64,000 bases of DNA from Synechococcus sp. Its GTDB lineage: Bacteria > Cyanobacteriota > Cyanobacteriia > PCC-6307 > Cyanobiaceae. Location of the stretch: assembly GCA_047284725.1 (NCBI GenBank), contig JBJBEO010000001.1:1976203-2040202 (forward strand), read 5' to 3'. Both the position numbers and the translations under genes were made by a program. A model generated the notes under the pieces. The model was not told the origin of the DNA. It made no database searches and saw only the letters and a program-made list of their open reading frames with translations. Of the stretch, positions 53,537 through 64,000 are shown piece after piece; positions within the stretch are counted from its first letter, which is position 1, and every line of letters begins with the position of its first letter.

Positions 53537-54181
53537 TCAGTGCTCAAACACCTGGTTGAAGCGCAGTCGATCCAGATCAGCGATCACCGGAATGCAGGGG
53601 AAGCAGCGAGCAGCCAACTCCCACCGCCCCTCCCGGCGGAGCATGGTCTCCAACTTGTCCCGCGCGGGCAGCAGGAAGCGAGCATCGTTGGCGGCATAAG
53701 CCAGCTGAGCCTCGCTCAACTCCTCCACTCGCCCCCAGTCACTGCTCTGAGCCTGCTTGTCAAGCTCAACGCCCACCAACTCCATCACCAGGTCTTTCAG
53801 GCCATGGCGAGGGGCATATGTGCGCGCCAAACGGCTGGCGACCTTGGTGCAAAAAATGGGATTCACAGCGATCCCTAAACCACTGGCCAGGGCAGCCACA
53901 TCAAAGCGCGCGAAATGGAACACCTTCTCCACAGCGATCGATTCCATCAACGCCTTGAGGCGAGGGGCCTCTGTTTGCCCCAAACCGATCCGTACGCAAG
54001 CCACACGATCATCGGGATCACAGAGCTGCACAAGACAAAGCCGGTCACGGCCATGGATCAATCCCATCGCCTCGGTGTCGACCGCAAGAGCTCTGGCAGC
54101 GCTGTAGCGCTCAGCCCATGCGGCATCCAGGTCTCCATCGAAAACAGCAAACTCGCGAGGAGCAGAGGCGACTTCAGCCAT
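53537..54181 (-). CDS. rnd: Ribonuclease D-like 3'-5' exonuclease
   Basis: AVDTE, FHFARFD, QSSDW, YAAND DEDDy motifs. Confidence 0.9.
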   Translation of the reverse strand: MAEVASAPREFAVFDGDLDAAWAERYSAARALAVDTEAMGLIHGRDRLCLVQLCDPDDRVACVRIGLGQTEAPRLKALMESIAVEKVFHFARFDVAALASGLGIAVNPIFCTKVASRLARTYAPRHGLKDLVMELVGVELDKQAQSSDWGRVEELSEAQLAYAANDARFLLPARDKLETMLRREGRWELAARCFPCIPVIADLDRLRFNQVFEH

Positions 54182-54326
54182 CGTGATTGCAGAGAAGCAG
54201 GGGACGCACCCCCACTCTGACCAAGCGCCGGCTGATCCACCAACCTGCTCGCCAGCACAAGCCAGGACTTTTCACCAATGGCTTGAAAATCACAGCGAGA
54301 CTGAATTAGACCAACTTGAGACACTG

Positions 54327-54734
54327 TTGTCGTCTGTGCAAAGCCGCCGCAAGCCCCCTCGTGCCTGTCTGGCCGATATCGAAGGCTATTTCCGCCAACC
54401 TCCACCCCGCTTTCTCGACCTGGAGCTCGCCGTCTGCTGGGTGCTTGCCTGCCTGCTTGAGAATGACTCCTATCCCTCGGGGCTCCTGCAACGCCTTGAA
54501 CAGGAACACCCCCAGCTCAGACTCTCTGAAACCGTGTTGCATCAAGCCCTGGATTTCCTCGACACCCAGGGAATGCTGGATCGTTACAGCAAGCGCTGTC
54601 CGAGCCGCGGCCGTCCCAGGCGCATGCTCCACCTCCAGCCCGAGATGAGAAACCAAGCCCAACAGCTGATGAAGCCGTGGCGTCAATGGCTGGCACAACT
54701 GGGCAACGGCACCAGCGTGACCGTGGCGCCCTAG
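54327..54734 (+). CDS. pex: PadR-family regulator, circadian period extender Pex
   Basis: YFRQPPPRFLDLELAVCWVL...DSYPSGL...RLSETVL...RGRPRRM; ORF is open from 54183 but the true start is probably later. Confidence 0.75.
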   Translation: MSSVQSRRKPPRACLADIEGYFRQPPPRFLDLELAVCWVLACLLENDSYPSGLLQRLEQEHPQLRLSETVLHQALDFLDTQGMLDRYSKRCPSRGRPRRMLHLQPEMRNQAQQLMKPWRQWLAQLGNGTSVTVAP

Positions 54735-54767
54735 AACGGTTGGGCACCGACACGCCCTGGCCTGGAG

Positions 54768-55325
54768 ATGCCCTCCTTTCAGACCTCCACTTTGCTGCTG
54801 ACGCTGCTGCTGGCCGTTGGGCTGGTGTTTTTCCTCCGCGCCGCCAGCAAAGACCGCACAACCGTGGTGGATGTGGCGTCGTCGAAACCCCCACTGGAGG
54901 TCATGGAAGGGCTCAGCCACTGGCTGGAGTCCAGAGGGTGGTCGCCACGAGGAGGGGATGCGGCGCGCCAGGTGCTGCGCTTTGAGGGCAAGGTGGCCGC
55001 CAGCATTCCACTGGCGGCTCTGCTTGCACTCCTGGGGAGCATCGGAGCCAGCAGCCTCGGGTTGGTGGTGCGAGAACTCCAGCCCAACCTGGGCTGGTGG
55101 CCGCTGCTGCTGGCCGGCCTTGGCCCCCTTGCCGGTGTGATCTACCGCCGCCGTGCCTCCCGCACCGAATCGGTGGAGATCCGCCTCATGAACCAGCCCG
55201 ATCAAAGCGCCGGCAGCACCATTCGCCTGCGTGCTCACCGGGACGAACTGATCGCGCTCGAACTGGAGCTGGCAGGCCCCCTAGACCTCGCCAGCGATGG
55301 CGCTCTGTTGTCGTCTCCCATCTGA
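54768..55325 (+). CDS. ccb1: Cytochrome b6f heme ci assembly factor CCB1-like
   Basis: STLLLTLLLAVGLVFFLRAASKDRT...AHRDELI. Confidence 0.82.
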   Translation: MPSFQTSTLLLTLLLAVGLVFFLRAASKDRTTVVDVASSKPPLEVMEGLSHWLESRGWSPRGGDAARQVLRFEGKVAASIPLAALLALLGSIGASSLGLVVRELQPNLGWWPLLLAGLGPLAGVIYRRRASRTESVEIRLMNQPDQSAGSTIRLRAHRDELIALELELAGPLDLASDGALLSSPI

Positions 55326-55329
55326 GGCC

Positions 55330-56190
55330 ATGCCCGTCTCACGGCACATCCCCACATCCCGCCGCCGCCTCTCGATCGCGCTTGCAGCCGGAGGCCTGGT
55401 GTTTGCCAGCCTGGGACTCGCGACAGCGGCGGAGGCTCCAAGCCCACCAACAACCGATCCACTGCTGGGGGCAAGAGTGCAACTCAAGGCCATCTGGCGA
55501 GGATCTCGGGTGGTGCCACGACGGGTGCCGATCCTGGTGATGGCCGGCCACGCCGATTCCCAAAACATGCAGGGAGCAGGAACGTCCGGCGCAGCCGTTG
55601 ATCGATACGGCGCCCGGCCGATGAACCCTCGCATGCGCGATGAGCTCTTTTGGAACTTCGCAGTGCGCGATGCCATCGTTCAAGAGGGCCGACGCCGCGG
55701 CCTGAACATCCTTGCCTACACACCGCCCGCGCTCACCATCCGCAACGGCAACCATCCCTCCACCAACTGGTCAGTGGGCCGAACCCACTCGGAACGGGGC
55801 GGCTATGCCTTCGAAATTCACTTCGATGCTTACGGAAAAGACGGCTACGGATCAGGACTGATTCCTGCAGTCCGGCGTCATCCGACCACCATCGATGAAA
55901 GTTTGGCCGCCAGCTTCGGCCGCTACCCGATCAACTTCCGAGGTGGCCTGGGAGCTCCCCGGAGAGGGATCAGCATTCTGGAAATCGGCAAACTCGAGGG
56001 CAACCTCGAACAACGCCTTCGATCACCACAAACCCGACAGGCAACGCTGAAAGCGATTGCCCGACGGGTCACCGATGCGATCGATAGCAGTCTCCCCAGG
56101 GAGGATCAGGCCAGCGTCAATCGACTGCCTGAAGCGGTTGACAACGCTCTTCCAGGGACGGGTCATCAAACCAGTTCTGTGGACGGGTGA
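55330..56190 (+). CDS. Secreted protein with divergent N-acetylmuramoyl-L-alanine amidase-like motifs
   Basis: Signal peptide; ILVMAGH...DELFWN...FEIHFD...ILEIG matches the Amidase_3 zinc-ligand order. Confidence 0.6.
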   Translation: MPVSRHIPTSRRRLSIALAAGGLVFASLGLATAAEAPSPPTTDPLLGARVQLKAIWRGSRVVPRRVPILVMAGHADSQNMQGAGTSGAAVDRYGARPMNPRMRDELFWNFAVRDAIVQEGRRRGLNILAYTPPALTIRNGNHPSTNWSVGRTHSERGGYAFEIHFDAYGKDGYGSGLIPAVRRHPTTIDESLAASFGRYPINFRGGLGAPRRGISILEIGKLEGNLEQRLRSPQTRQATLKAIARRVTDAIDSSLPREDQASVNRLPEAVDNALPGTGHQTSSVDG

Positions 56191-57214
56191 ACACGTCGGT
56201 GAGCAACGCTTCCCGGGATCCTGGCTCCGCCTGATAGCCGTACTCCCAACGGGCCAGAGGGGGCAACGACATCAGAATCGATTCGGTGCGGCCATTGGTC
56301 TGGAGCCCGAAGATCGTGCCTCGGTCCCACACCAGATTGAACTCCACGTAACGTCCCCGGCGGTAGAGCTGGAACTGCCGTTCACGCTCTCCGTAGGCCA
56401 GAGGATGCCGCTTTTCGACGATCGGCATATAGGCAGGAAGAAATGCCCTCCCATTGGCCTGACCAAGCGCCAGCAACTGTTCCCAGCTCAGGGGCCTTGA
56501 ACCGGTCTGCTGGGCCTTGGCTGCCGCAGGCCCCTCAGGGTTCTGGCCCTTGTAGAGCTGGCCGTTGCCATCCTGGTAGTCGTAGAAAATCCCTCCCACT
56601 CCGCGGGTTTCATTGCGGTGCTTGAGGAAGAAATACTCGTCGCACCAGGGTTTGAAGATGGGATAAAGGTCGGCACTCACCGAATCGCAGGCCTGCTGGT
56701 GCGTGCGGTGAAAGTGACGAGCGTCTTCCAGGAAGGGATAAAAGGGAGTGAGGTCAGCGCCACCGCCAAACCACCACACCGGACCTGCTTCGAAATAGCG
56801 GTAATTGAGATGAACTGTGGGCACATAGGGGTTGCGAGGGTGCAACACCATTGATGTTCCTGTTGCAAACCAGGGGTGCCCCTTGGCCTCGGGACGCTGC
56901 TTCAGGATCGACGGAGGCAGCTCCTTGCCATGGACTTCCGAGAAATTGACGCCACCCTGCTCAAACACCCTGCCTTCCCGCATGACACGGGAGCGACCAC
57001 CACCACCCTCCGGACGATCCCAGCTCTCTTCCTCGAAACGGCCCACGCCATCGAGACGCTCCAGACCTGCGCAGATTTCATCCTGCAGACCTAGCACCAG
57101 TGCCCTTGCCCGCTCCCGGGAGTTGGCCGGAGGGGGCGACAACGTCGGGGCGGCAGCCGTTGGCGCGGCAGATGCAGACGAGCCCTTCAGACGCCTCAGC
57201 AATGAACGGACCAT
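56117..57214 (-). CDS. hemF: Oxygen-dependent coproporphyrinogen III oxidase
   Basis: [44 protein letters not shown]. Confidence 0.97.
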   Translation of the reverse strand: MVRSLLRRLKGSSASAAPTAAAPTLSPPPANSRERARALVLGLQDEICAGLERLDGVGRFEEESWDRPEGGGGRSRVMREGRVFEQGGVNFSEVHGKELPPSILKQRPEAKGHPWFATGTSMVLHPRNPYVPTVHLNYRYFEAGPVWWFGGGADLTPFYPFLEDARHFHRTHQQACDSVSADLYPIFKPWCDEYFFLKHRNETRGVGGIFYDYQDGNGQLYKGQNPEGPAAAKAQQTGSRPLSWEQLLALGQANGRAFLPAYMPIVEKRHPLAYGERERQFQLYRRGRYVEFNLVWDRGTIFGLQTNGRTESILMSLPPLARWEYGYQAEPGSREALLTDVFTRPQNWFDDPSLEERCQPLQAVD

Positions 57215-57332
57215 GGATGCAAGCCGCAGGAACTGAAAAGAACCATTTCAGCCCGTGCCGTCCCTCGACAAGCACACGTGAAGGACTGTCATGGGTGCTC
57301 ACACCTAGGATCCGCCCCAACGGACGGGATCC

Positions 57333-58427
57333 ATGGCGACCGAAGAGCAGGCCACGACAGCGCTGGCGAAGATTGTTGATGCCGGCAGCGGCCGTTCCGC
57401 CTTGGATCTGGGCTGGATCGATCGCGTCAGGGTGAGTCCTCCCAGAGCGGTCTTCCGGCTCAATCTTCCCGGCTTCGCCCAGAGTCAGCGCGATCGGATC
57501 GTTCACGAGAGCCGTGAACAGCTTCTCCGGATTGAGGGAATTGAAGATGTTCAGATCGAGGTCGGAACCCCGTCCCAGCAGCAAAGCAGCCATCAACCTG
57601 GCGGTATTGGTCAGGCTGGCCATGGACAAGTGGCTGAACGCCAGACGATTCCTGGGGTGAAACAGGTGATGGCCGTGAGCAGCGGCAAAGGCGGCGTCGG
57701 CAAAAGCACCGTGGCCGTCAATCTTGCCTGTGGACTCGCACGCTCAGGGCTGCGGGTGGGCTTGCTCGACGCTGATATCTACGGGCCGAACGCACCGACG
57801 ATGCTCGGTGTGGCCGACCGCACGCCGGAGGTTCAAGGGAGCGGCAGCGACCAACGCATGGCCCCGATCGAAAGCTGCGGCGTGGCCATGGTGTCAATGG
57901 GCCTACTGATCGATCCCGACCAACCGGTGATCTGGCGCGGCCCCATGCTCAACGGCATCATCCGACAGTTCCTGTACCAAGTGGACTGGGGTGAGCGGGA
58001 TGTGCTGGTTGTCGACCTCCCACCTGGCACGGGCGATGCCCAGCTTTCGCTTGCCCAGGCCGTACCCATGGCCGGTGTCGTGATTGTGACCACTCCCCAG
58101 CAGGTGGCTTTGCAGGATGCGCGCCGCGGCCTGGCCATGTTCCGCCAGATGTCGATTCCAGTGTTCGGAGTCGTTGAAAACATGAGCGCCTTCATTCCTC
58201 CCGACCAACCCGAGAAGCGTTACGCCCTCTTCGGCGAAGGCGGTGGACAAAGCCTCGCCGACGAATTCGAGACATCCCTCCTTGCACAGATCCCTCTGGA
58301 GATGCCTGTTCTCTCAGGGGGAGATCAAGGTCGACCGATTGTGATCAGCCAGCCCGACTCCGCCAGTGCCGTCAGCTTCCAGTCCCTGGCTCGACGCATC
58401 ACAGAACTGATGGAGGCACCGGTCTGA
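57333..58427 (+). CDS. mrp: Mrp/NBP35 (ApbC) Fe-S carrier ATPase
   Basis: [37 protein letters not shown]. Confidence 0.95.
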   Translation: MATEEQATTALAKIVDAGSGRSALDLGWIDRVRVSPPRAVFRLNLPGFAQSQRDRIVHESREQLLRIEGIEDVQIEVGTPSQQQSSHQPGGIGQAGHGQVAERQTIPGVKQVMAVSSGKGGVGKSTVAVNLACGLARSGLRVGLLDADIYGPNAPTMLGVADRTPEVQGSGSDQRMAPIESCGVAMVSMGLLIDPDQPVIWRGPMLNGIIRQFLYQVDWGERDVLVVDLPPGTGDAQLSLAQAVPMAGVVIVTTPQQVALQDARRGLAMFRQMSIPVFGVVENMSAFIPPDQPEKRYALFGEGGGQSLADEFETSLLAQIPLEMPVLSGGDQGRPIVISQPDSASAVSFQSLARRITELMEAPV

Positions 58428-58429
58428 TC

Positions 58430-59704
58430 ATGTGGAGAGCTTGGCGGCGACGGCGATCCAGTCTTCACGCTCGCTCGGGATCTCAACGGCGCCACGGCAA
58501 CGAGTTCGAATTGGTGTTGTGGGGAGTTCCCCTCGCGATGATCGCGATCTCCAGCCTGCTCATCCTCAGCACGCAGCGTCAGGCCGACTACGCCGATTGG
58601 TACCACCATCCGATCACCGCAGCGGTGGGTGTGGCAATCGCCCTGGCGCTCGCGAGGTTGCGGATGGATCGCCTCAAACCCCTGCTCATTCCGATTTACA
58701 TCGCCACGGTGTTGAGCCTGATTGCCGTTCGCGTGATCGGCACTTCAGCCCTGGGGGCTCAGCGCTGGATCAGCATTGCTGGGGTCAATGTGCAGCCTTC
58801 GGAATTCGCCAAACTCTCAGCGATCTTGCTGCTGGCAGCTGTTCTCGACCGTTTCCCAGTCGAACGCCCTGTTGATCTGCTCCGACCACTCGGAGTGATC
58901 TCGATCCCTTGGGCCCTCGTTTTCGTCCAGCCTGACCTGGGGACGTCGTTGGTCTTCGGAGCGCTGCTGCTAACGATGCTGTACTGGTCAGGCATGCCTT
59001 TCGAGTGGCTGGTCCTGCTGCTCTCACCCCTCGTCACCGCCCTGGTCTCCGGTTTAATCCCGTGGGGTCTGGCCCTCTGGGTGCCCATCACGATGCTGAT
59101 CGCTTACCGATCCTTGCCCTGGAAACGGATCGCCACCACGCTTGTGCTCATGGTGCAGGCCGCAGTAGCCGGCATCACCCCTTGGCTTTGGATGCATGGC
59201 CTCAAGGATTACCAACGCGATCGTCTGGTGCTGTTTCTTGACCCTGGCCAGGATCCCCTCGGCGGTGGCTACCACCTGCTGCAGAGCACGGTGGGCATCG
59301 GCTCAGGTGGCTGGTTTGGCACCGGGCTGCTGCAGGGGCAACTCACCAAATTGCGCTTTATCCCCGAACAACACACCGATTTCATCTTCAGCGCCCTTGG
59401 CGAAGAGGTGGGCTACCTCGGCACCGTGCTTGTGGTGGTTGGCTTCGCCCTGCTGATGATCAGGCTGGTGCAAGTGGCCAACCGAGCGCGTTCAGACTTT
59501 GAGTCTCTGGTTGTGATTGGTGTGGCCACGATGGTGATGTTCCAGGTGGTGGTGAACATCTTCATGACCATTGGCCTCGGACCTGTCACCGGCATTCCGC
59601 TGCCCTTCATGAGCTACGGGCGATCGGCGATGGTCGTGAATTTCATTGCCCTTGGGCTTTGCCTTTCCGTCGCACGGCGTGGGCGTGTGCAACAGCTACG
59701 GTGA
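58430..59704 (+). CDS. rodA: Rod shape-determining protein RodA
   Basis: GAQRWI, QPSEFAK, QPDLGT, IPEQHTDFIF, LPFMSYG. Confidence 0.95.
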   Translation: MWRAWRRRRSSLHARSGSQRRHGNEFELVLWGVPLAMIAISSLLILSTQRQADYADWYHHPITAAVGVAIALALARLRMDRLKPLLIPIYIATVLSLIAVRVIGTSALGAQRWISIAGVNVQPSEFAKLSAILLLAAVLDRFPVERPVDLLRPLGVISIPWALVFVQPDLGTSLVFGALLLTMLYWSGMPFEWLVLLLSPLVTALVSGLIPWGLALWVPITMLIAYRSLPWKRIATTLVLMVQAAVAGITPWLWMHGLKDYQRDRLVLFLDPGQDPLGGGYHLLQSTVGIGSGGWFGTGLLQGQLTKLRFIPEQHTDFIFSALGEEVGYLGTVLVVVGFALLMIRLVQVANRARSDFESLVVIGVATMVMFQVVVNIFMTIGLGPVTGIPLPFMSYGRSAMVVNFIALGLCLSVARRGRVQQLR

Positions 59705-61068
59705 GTACCTCGACCACGCTGGCGATGCTTCAGGCGCGGATGGCCGAAGGCAGGCCCTGCGGTCGCGTGGATGATCCCACTGCACGCAGGCTCTGGTGGG
59801 CCGCTTTGGAAACCATCCAGGCCGCGTTGCTCCCGAAGGAAGGAGATGCACCAGCAGGGCTCTGGATCGCAGCTCCACTGCCAGCGCTGTACGAGCCAAC
59901 ACTGTTGCGTTCCATGCAGGGCTGGGTCTGGAGCCCGGATCAGCTGAACTGGACCCCAGGGCAGCAGGGATCCCTGCCGCCTCCGGAGCGGTTCAACATG
60001 GGCGCCACTGCCAAGCAAGCGCAGCATCCCCCTTATGAGTATTTGCCACTGCTCGATGAGGACGGACTGGATCCCCTCCTGATTGTGATCACCGCTGAAC
60101 AGCAGATGGCACTCGCACTGCATGGCGGCAGCGACCAGCGTCAACTGCTGATGCGATGCGATCCCGAAACCCTCGGAGCCCTTCTGCAGATGATCGACAG
60201 GCGAATGCAGGACGAGGCACCACAGCAGGCAGCATCCCTGCGCCGGGCCATCGCCAACCTTGGCCCCCTCCAAAGCAGTGAGGCCTTTACCCATCAGTTC
60301 TGGCCAGCCCTTGCGGAACGGTTGGCCGCCATGGCCCCAAGCCTGACGTTACAGACGGTGCCAGCGATGGAGACCACCAACCCCGCCGAAGCGGGCGCGG
60401 AAGCGGAACTATCGTTGCTGGAAGCCATTACCCACGAAGTACGCACACCCCTTGCGACGATTCGTACCCTGATCCGATCACTGTTGCGCCGAAAAGACCT
60501 GCCAACGGTGGTCCTGAATCGGCTTCAACAGATCGATGGTGAGTGCACTGAGCAGATCGACAGATTCGGATTGATCTTCCATGCTGCGGAACTGCAACGT
60601 CAGCCCGCACCAACAGGAGAACTGGCCCGCACGGATCTTGGTCACATGCTGGAGGAGCTGGCACCCAGCTGGGAGCAGCAGCTGCTCCGTCGGGGCATCA
60701 CACTGCTGCTCGACCTCAGCCCTCACCTCTCTCCGGTGCTGAGCGATCCCGGCAGGCTCGAACCCATGCTTGGCGGCCTGATCGATCGCAGCAGCCGCGG
60801 CCTGCCCGACGGCACAACCCTGCTCGTACAGCTCAGGCCCGCAGGCTCCAGGCTCAAACTCCACCTCTCCAGTCAGATCAAGGCCAAAACAGACGCGATG
60901 AACCCAACGGAGCACACGGCCGAACTGGGTCCGGTTTTGAGCTGGAATCCTGGAACTGGAAGCCTCCAGCTCAGCCAGGGAGCAACACGTCGCCTTCTCG
61001 CCAGCCTGGGGGGACGGCTGATTCAGCAACGCGACCGGGGACTGACGGTGTTCTTTCCAGTGGCCTGA
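59701..61068 (+). CDS. Atypical sensor histidine kinase (Hik34-like)
   Basis: H-box [12 protein letters not shown]; ATPase N/G boxes degenerate. Confidence 0.8.
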   Translation: MSTSTTLAMLQARMAEGRPCGRVDDPTARRLWWAALETIQAALLPKEGDAPAGLWIAAPLPALYEPTLLRSMQGWVWSPDQLNWTPGQQGSLPPPERFNMGATAKQAQHPPYEYLPLLDEDGLDPLLIVITAEQQMALALHGGSDQRQLLMRCDPETLGALLQMIDRRMQDEAPQQAASLRRAIANLGPLQSSEAFTHQFWPALAERLAAMAPSLTLQTVPAMETTNPAEAGAEAELSLLEAITHEVRTPLATIRTLIRSLLRRKDLPTVVLNRLQQIDGECTEQIDRFGLIFHAAELQRQPAPTGELARTDLGHMLEELAPSWEQQLLRRGITLLLDLSPHLSPVLSDPGRLEPMLGGLIDRSSRGLPDGTTLLVQLRPAGSRLKLHLSSQIKAKTDAMNPTEHTAELGPVLSWNPGTGSLQLSQGATRRLLASLGGRLIQQRDRGLTVFFPVA

Positions 61069-61172
61069 CAATGTTGACGGGTGTGAAGCTTCCCGGGACG
61101 ACAGGGGATCAGGGCCGAATGACGGTGCTACTTTCCAGCCGTAACGGCATGCCGATTTTTCCGAGGACAGCC

Positions 61173-61604
61173 ATGACAGCAACGGCGTTGAACGGTCAGC
61201 TCCCCCAGTTCATCGGCAGCACCGGTGGGCTTCTGAACGCCGCGGAGACTGAAGAGAAGTACGCCATCACCTGGACGAGCGGTTCTGCTCAGGCATTCGA
61301 ACTGCCCACCGGTGGTGCAGCCATGATGCATCAAGGCGAAAACATCATGTATTTCGCGCGCAAAGAGCAGTGCCTTGCACTTGGTACACAGCTGCGCACC
61401 AAGTTCAAGCCCCGGATCGAGGACTACAAGATCTACCGGATTTTCCCTGGTGGGGACACCGAATTCCTCCATCCAAGTGATGGTGTGTTCCCCGAGAAAG
61501 TGAACGAAGGTCGTCAAATGGTTGGGCACAACGCCCGACGCATCGGCCAGAACACCAACCCCGCCAACATCAAGTTCAGCGGAAGGAACACCTTCGACGC
61601 CTGA
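61173..61604 (+). CDS. psaD: Photosystem I subunit II
   Basis: [39 protein letters not shown]. Confidence 0.98.
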   Translation: MTATALNGQLPQFIGSTGGLLNAAETEEKYAITWTSGSAQAFELPTGGAAMMHQGENIMYFARKEQCLALGTQLRTKFKPRIEDYKIYRIFPGGDTEFLHPSDGVFPEKVNEGRQMVGHNARRIGQNTNPANIKFSGRNTFDA

Positions 61605-61645
61605 TCCCGTCGACAATCGTCCGTCGGGGCTGCGACAATCCCTCA

Positions 61646-63178
61646 ATGCTCAGCCCCGACCGCGCCGCCTTCCTGGAGGATGCCGCCTCCGGTGCCACGT
61701 TTATCCCCGTGGCACACAGTTGGCCGGCAGACCTTGAGACACCTCTCACCACGTGGCTCAAAGTGGGGGAGGGTCGTCCCCCAGGAGTCCTGCTCGAATC
61801 TGTTGAGGGTGGAGAAACCCTCGGTCGATACAGCGTGGTGACCTGCAACCCACTCTGGACACTCACTGTCCGCAACGAACGCATCGAACGGGTTTGGCGT
61901 GATGGTCGTCGGGACACCCTGCGCGGCAATCCCTTTGATGTGCTGCGAGAGTCCCTGACGCCTTATCGACCTGGAAGCCTGCCCGGCCTTCCTTCAATCG
62001 GCCAACTCTTTGGAATCTGGAGCTACGAGCTGATCCGCTGGATCGAGCCATCGGTTGTCACCCATGCTGTCGATGACGATGCCCCACCGGATGGTGTGTG
62101 GATGCTGATGGACAGCGTCTTGATCTTCGACCAGGTGAAGCGCCTGATTACTGCTGTTGCCTACGGCGACCTCAGCGGTGGCCATGGCAGCGCAGCCGAT
62201 GCGAACAGCGCCTGGTCCAACGCCATGGCTCGCATCACCCAGCTCGAGCAGCTCATGGCAGCGCCGCTACCGCCCATTCGCCCCCTTCGTTGGCAGGCCA
62301 ACAGCAACAGCACCCCACACACCACAAGCAACCGCAGCCGTGAGGATTTCCTGGCAGCCGTCGAGCGCGGGCGCGACCACATTGCCGCTGGTGATGTGTT
62401 CCAACTGGTGCTGAGCCAGCGTCTAGAGACCACGGTCCCTCAGAAACCACTCGAGCTGTACCGCAGCCTCCGCATGGTGAATCCATCGCCTTACATGGCG
62501 TTCTTCGATTTCGGAGATTGGCAGCTCATCGGCTCCAGTCCAGAGGTGATGGTGAAGGCAGACCCCGTACCTGGTGGGATCCGCGCCAGTCTGCGGCCGA
62601 TCGCAGGGACCAGACCACGTGGTCATTCCGACCTTGAAGACCGAAATTTCGAAACCGACTTGCTGGCCGACCCGAAAGAAAGGGCTGAACACGTGATGCT
62701 TGTGGACCTGGGCCGCAACGACCTGGGCCGGGTCTGCCAACCCGGATCGGTCGAAGTCAAAGACCTGATGGTGATCGAGCGCTACTCGCACGTTATGCAC
62801 ATTGTCAGCCAGGTTGAAGGACGTCTGTCACCCGACAGGGACGTCTGGGACCTGCTGATGGCCTCCTTCCCCGCAGGCACCGTCAGTGGCGCCCCCAAGA
62901 TTCGGGCCATGCAATTGATTCATGAGCTTGAACCCGATGCCCGTGGTCCCTACTCCGGTGTCTATGGGTCGGTGGATCTGGCTGGAGCCTTGAACACAGC
63001 CATCACAATTCGCACGATGGTGGTGCGTCCCCACCGGGATGGCGGATGGCGGATCCAGGTTCAAGCCGGAGCCGGCGTGGTCGCCGACTCGAAGCCGGAA
63101 TCGGAGTATCAGGAGACGCTCAACAAAGCCAAGGGCATGCTCACGGCTCTTGCCTGCCTTCAGGACCCCAACCCATGA
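61646..63178 (+). CDS. trpE: Anthranilate synthase component I
   Basis: LLESVEGG, NPSPY, GSSPE, PIAGTRPR, EHVMLVDLGRND, GAPKIRAM. Confidence 0.96.
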   Translation: MLSPDRAAFLEDAASGATFIPVAHSWPADLETPLTTWLKVGEGRPPGVLLESVEGGETLGRYSVVTCNPLWTLTVRNERIERVWRDGRRDTLRGNPFDVLRESLTPYRPGSLPGLPSIGQLFGIWSYELIRWIEPSVVTHAVDDDAPPDGVWMLMDSVLIFDQVKRLITAVAYGDLSGGHGSAADANSAWSNAMARITQLEQLMAAPLPPIRPLRWQANSNSTPHTTSNRSREDFLAAVERGRDHIAAGDVFQLVLSQRLETTVPQKPLELYRSLRMVNPSPYMAFFDFGDWQLIGSSPEVMVKADPVPGGIRASLRPIAGTRPRGHSDLEDRNFETDLLADPKERAEHVMLVDLGRNDLGRVCQPGSVEVKDLMVIERYSHVMHIVSQVEGRLSPDRDVWDLLMASFPAGTVSGAPKIRAMQLIHELEPDARGPYSGVYGSVDLAGALNTAITIRTMVVRPHRDGGWRIQVQAGAGVVADSKPESEYQETLNKAKGMLTALACLQDPNP

Positions 63179-64000
63179 CAGGTCCTCTGCTTCTGAAGGG
63201 CTTTGAAATCGAGCTGTTCACGGGTCGAACCGATGGCGAAAACGTGGGTGTGTCAACCGCCGCAGCCCGAGAGCTTGAGGGGTTCGTCACCGAGCCGGAT
63301 CTGCGAAACCTCGAATACATCACGTCACCCGAAGCCGATTACGCCCCCCAAGTGGAAGCTCTGCTCGAACCCCGCCGGAAATTGCGGCAGTGGTTGAAGC
63401 AACGGGAACTGACCCTGCTGCCCGGGAGCACCCTCAGCCTTGGGAACCCCCAGTGCTTCGAACGCTCCGACCCTGAGAACAGCTACCACAGCTTGATCGA
63501 GGCCACCTACGGCACGCGTGTGGTTACCGCCAGCATTCATATCAACCTGGGGATACCAGACACCACCTGGCTGTTCCAGGCGTTGCGCTTGATCCGCTGC
63601 GAAGCCTCTCTCCTGCTCGCACTGAGTGCAAGTTCACCCTTTCTGGGTGGGTGTCTCACCGGAGCCCACTCCCAACGCTGGCTGCAATTCCCGCTCACAC
63701 CAGCGTCCGTTCCTCTCTTTGCAGGTCACCGGCACTACGTCGACTGGATCGAAGAGCAACTGCAAAACGGCAGCATGCACAACATTCGACACCTCTGGAC
63801 CTCCGTACGACCGAATGGTCCCCAACGGCCCAACGACCTGAACAGACTTGAACTGCGTATCTGTGATCTGATCACCGACCCAGCCGTGCTGCTGGCGGTC
63901 ACAGCCTTGATGGAGCTCAGAGTGCTGATGCTGCACCAAGCGCCCGAACGTCTGGATCCCTTGGTGGCCAGCGATCTGAGTCCGACTGAGCTCCAGACTC
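63175..64000 (+). CDS. gshA: Glutamate--cysteine ligase, cyanobacterial type (3' truncated by window edge)
   Basis: Manual translation MTGPLLLKGFEIELFTG...EPDLRNLEY...TASIHIN...HLWTSVRPNG...NRLELRICD; not in the ORF track. Confidence 0.9.
   Translation, partial: MTGPLLLKGFEIELFTGRTDGENVGVSTAAARELEGFVTEPDLRNLEYITSPEADYAPQVEALLEPRRKLRQWLKQRELTLLPGSTLSLGNPQCFERSDPENSYHSLIEATYGTRVVTASIHINLGIPDTTWLFQALRLIRCEASLLLALSASSPFLGGCLTGAHSQRWLQFPLTPASVPLFAGHRHYVDWIEEQLQNGSMHNIRHLWTSVRPNGPQRPNDLNRLELRICDLITDPAVLLAVTALMELRVLMLHQAPERLDPLVASDLSPTELQT

Noticed and set aside
54306..55238. 310-aa minus-strand ORF
   Set aside because: Antisense to pex and ccb1, both of which have recognisable motifs.

Overview
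This window is a chromosomal segment of a marine picocyanobacterium (Synechococcus-like). The left third holds core genes: minCDE, tRNA-Thr, tsaC, prmC, dprA, psbM, psbB-psbT, nrdR, rps1, metK and comF. The complete phycobilisome-rod gene region runs from tRNA-Phe (15934) to ptpA (44290): aplA, cpcL, PE linkers, cpeSTR, three Nif11-like genes, mpeY-mpeBA-mpeC-mpeU, cpeZY, an mpeV/cpeF-family lyase, cpeBA, cpeU, pebAB, rpcBA and rpcTEF. This content indicates a PE-II-containing, phycourobilin-capable strain, probably a type IV-A chromatic acclimater. The right third is core again (panC/cmk, rlpA, purM, tRNA-Cys, rnd, pex, hemF, mrp, rodA, Hik34-like kinase, psaD, trpE, gshA), plus an extra PE-II linker gene outside the cluster. 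I saw no transposase, integrase, CRISPR array or defence system. The best leads are a cryptic CpcD-like protein with a long basic tail (candidate PE rod cap), a Nif11-domain trio with no RiPP enzyme, the displaced linker with tandem inverted repeats upstream, two gene/tRNA overlaps and a probable CTG start for panC/cmk. All calls come from reading the sequence; no database search was run.
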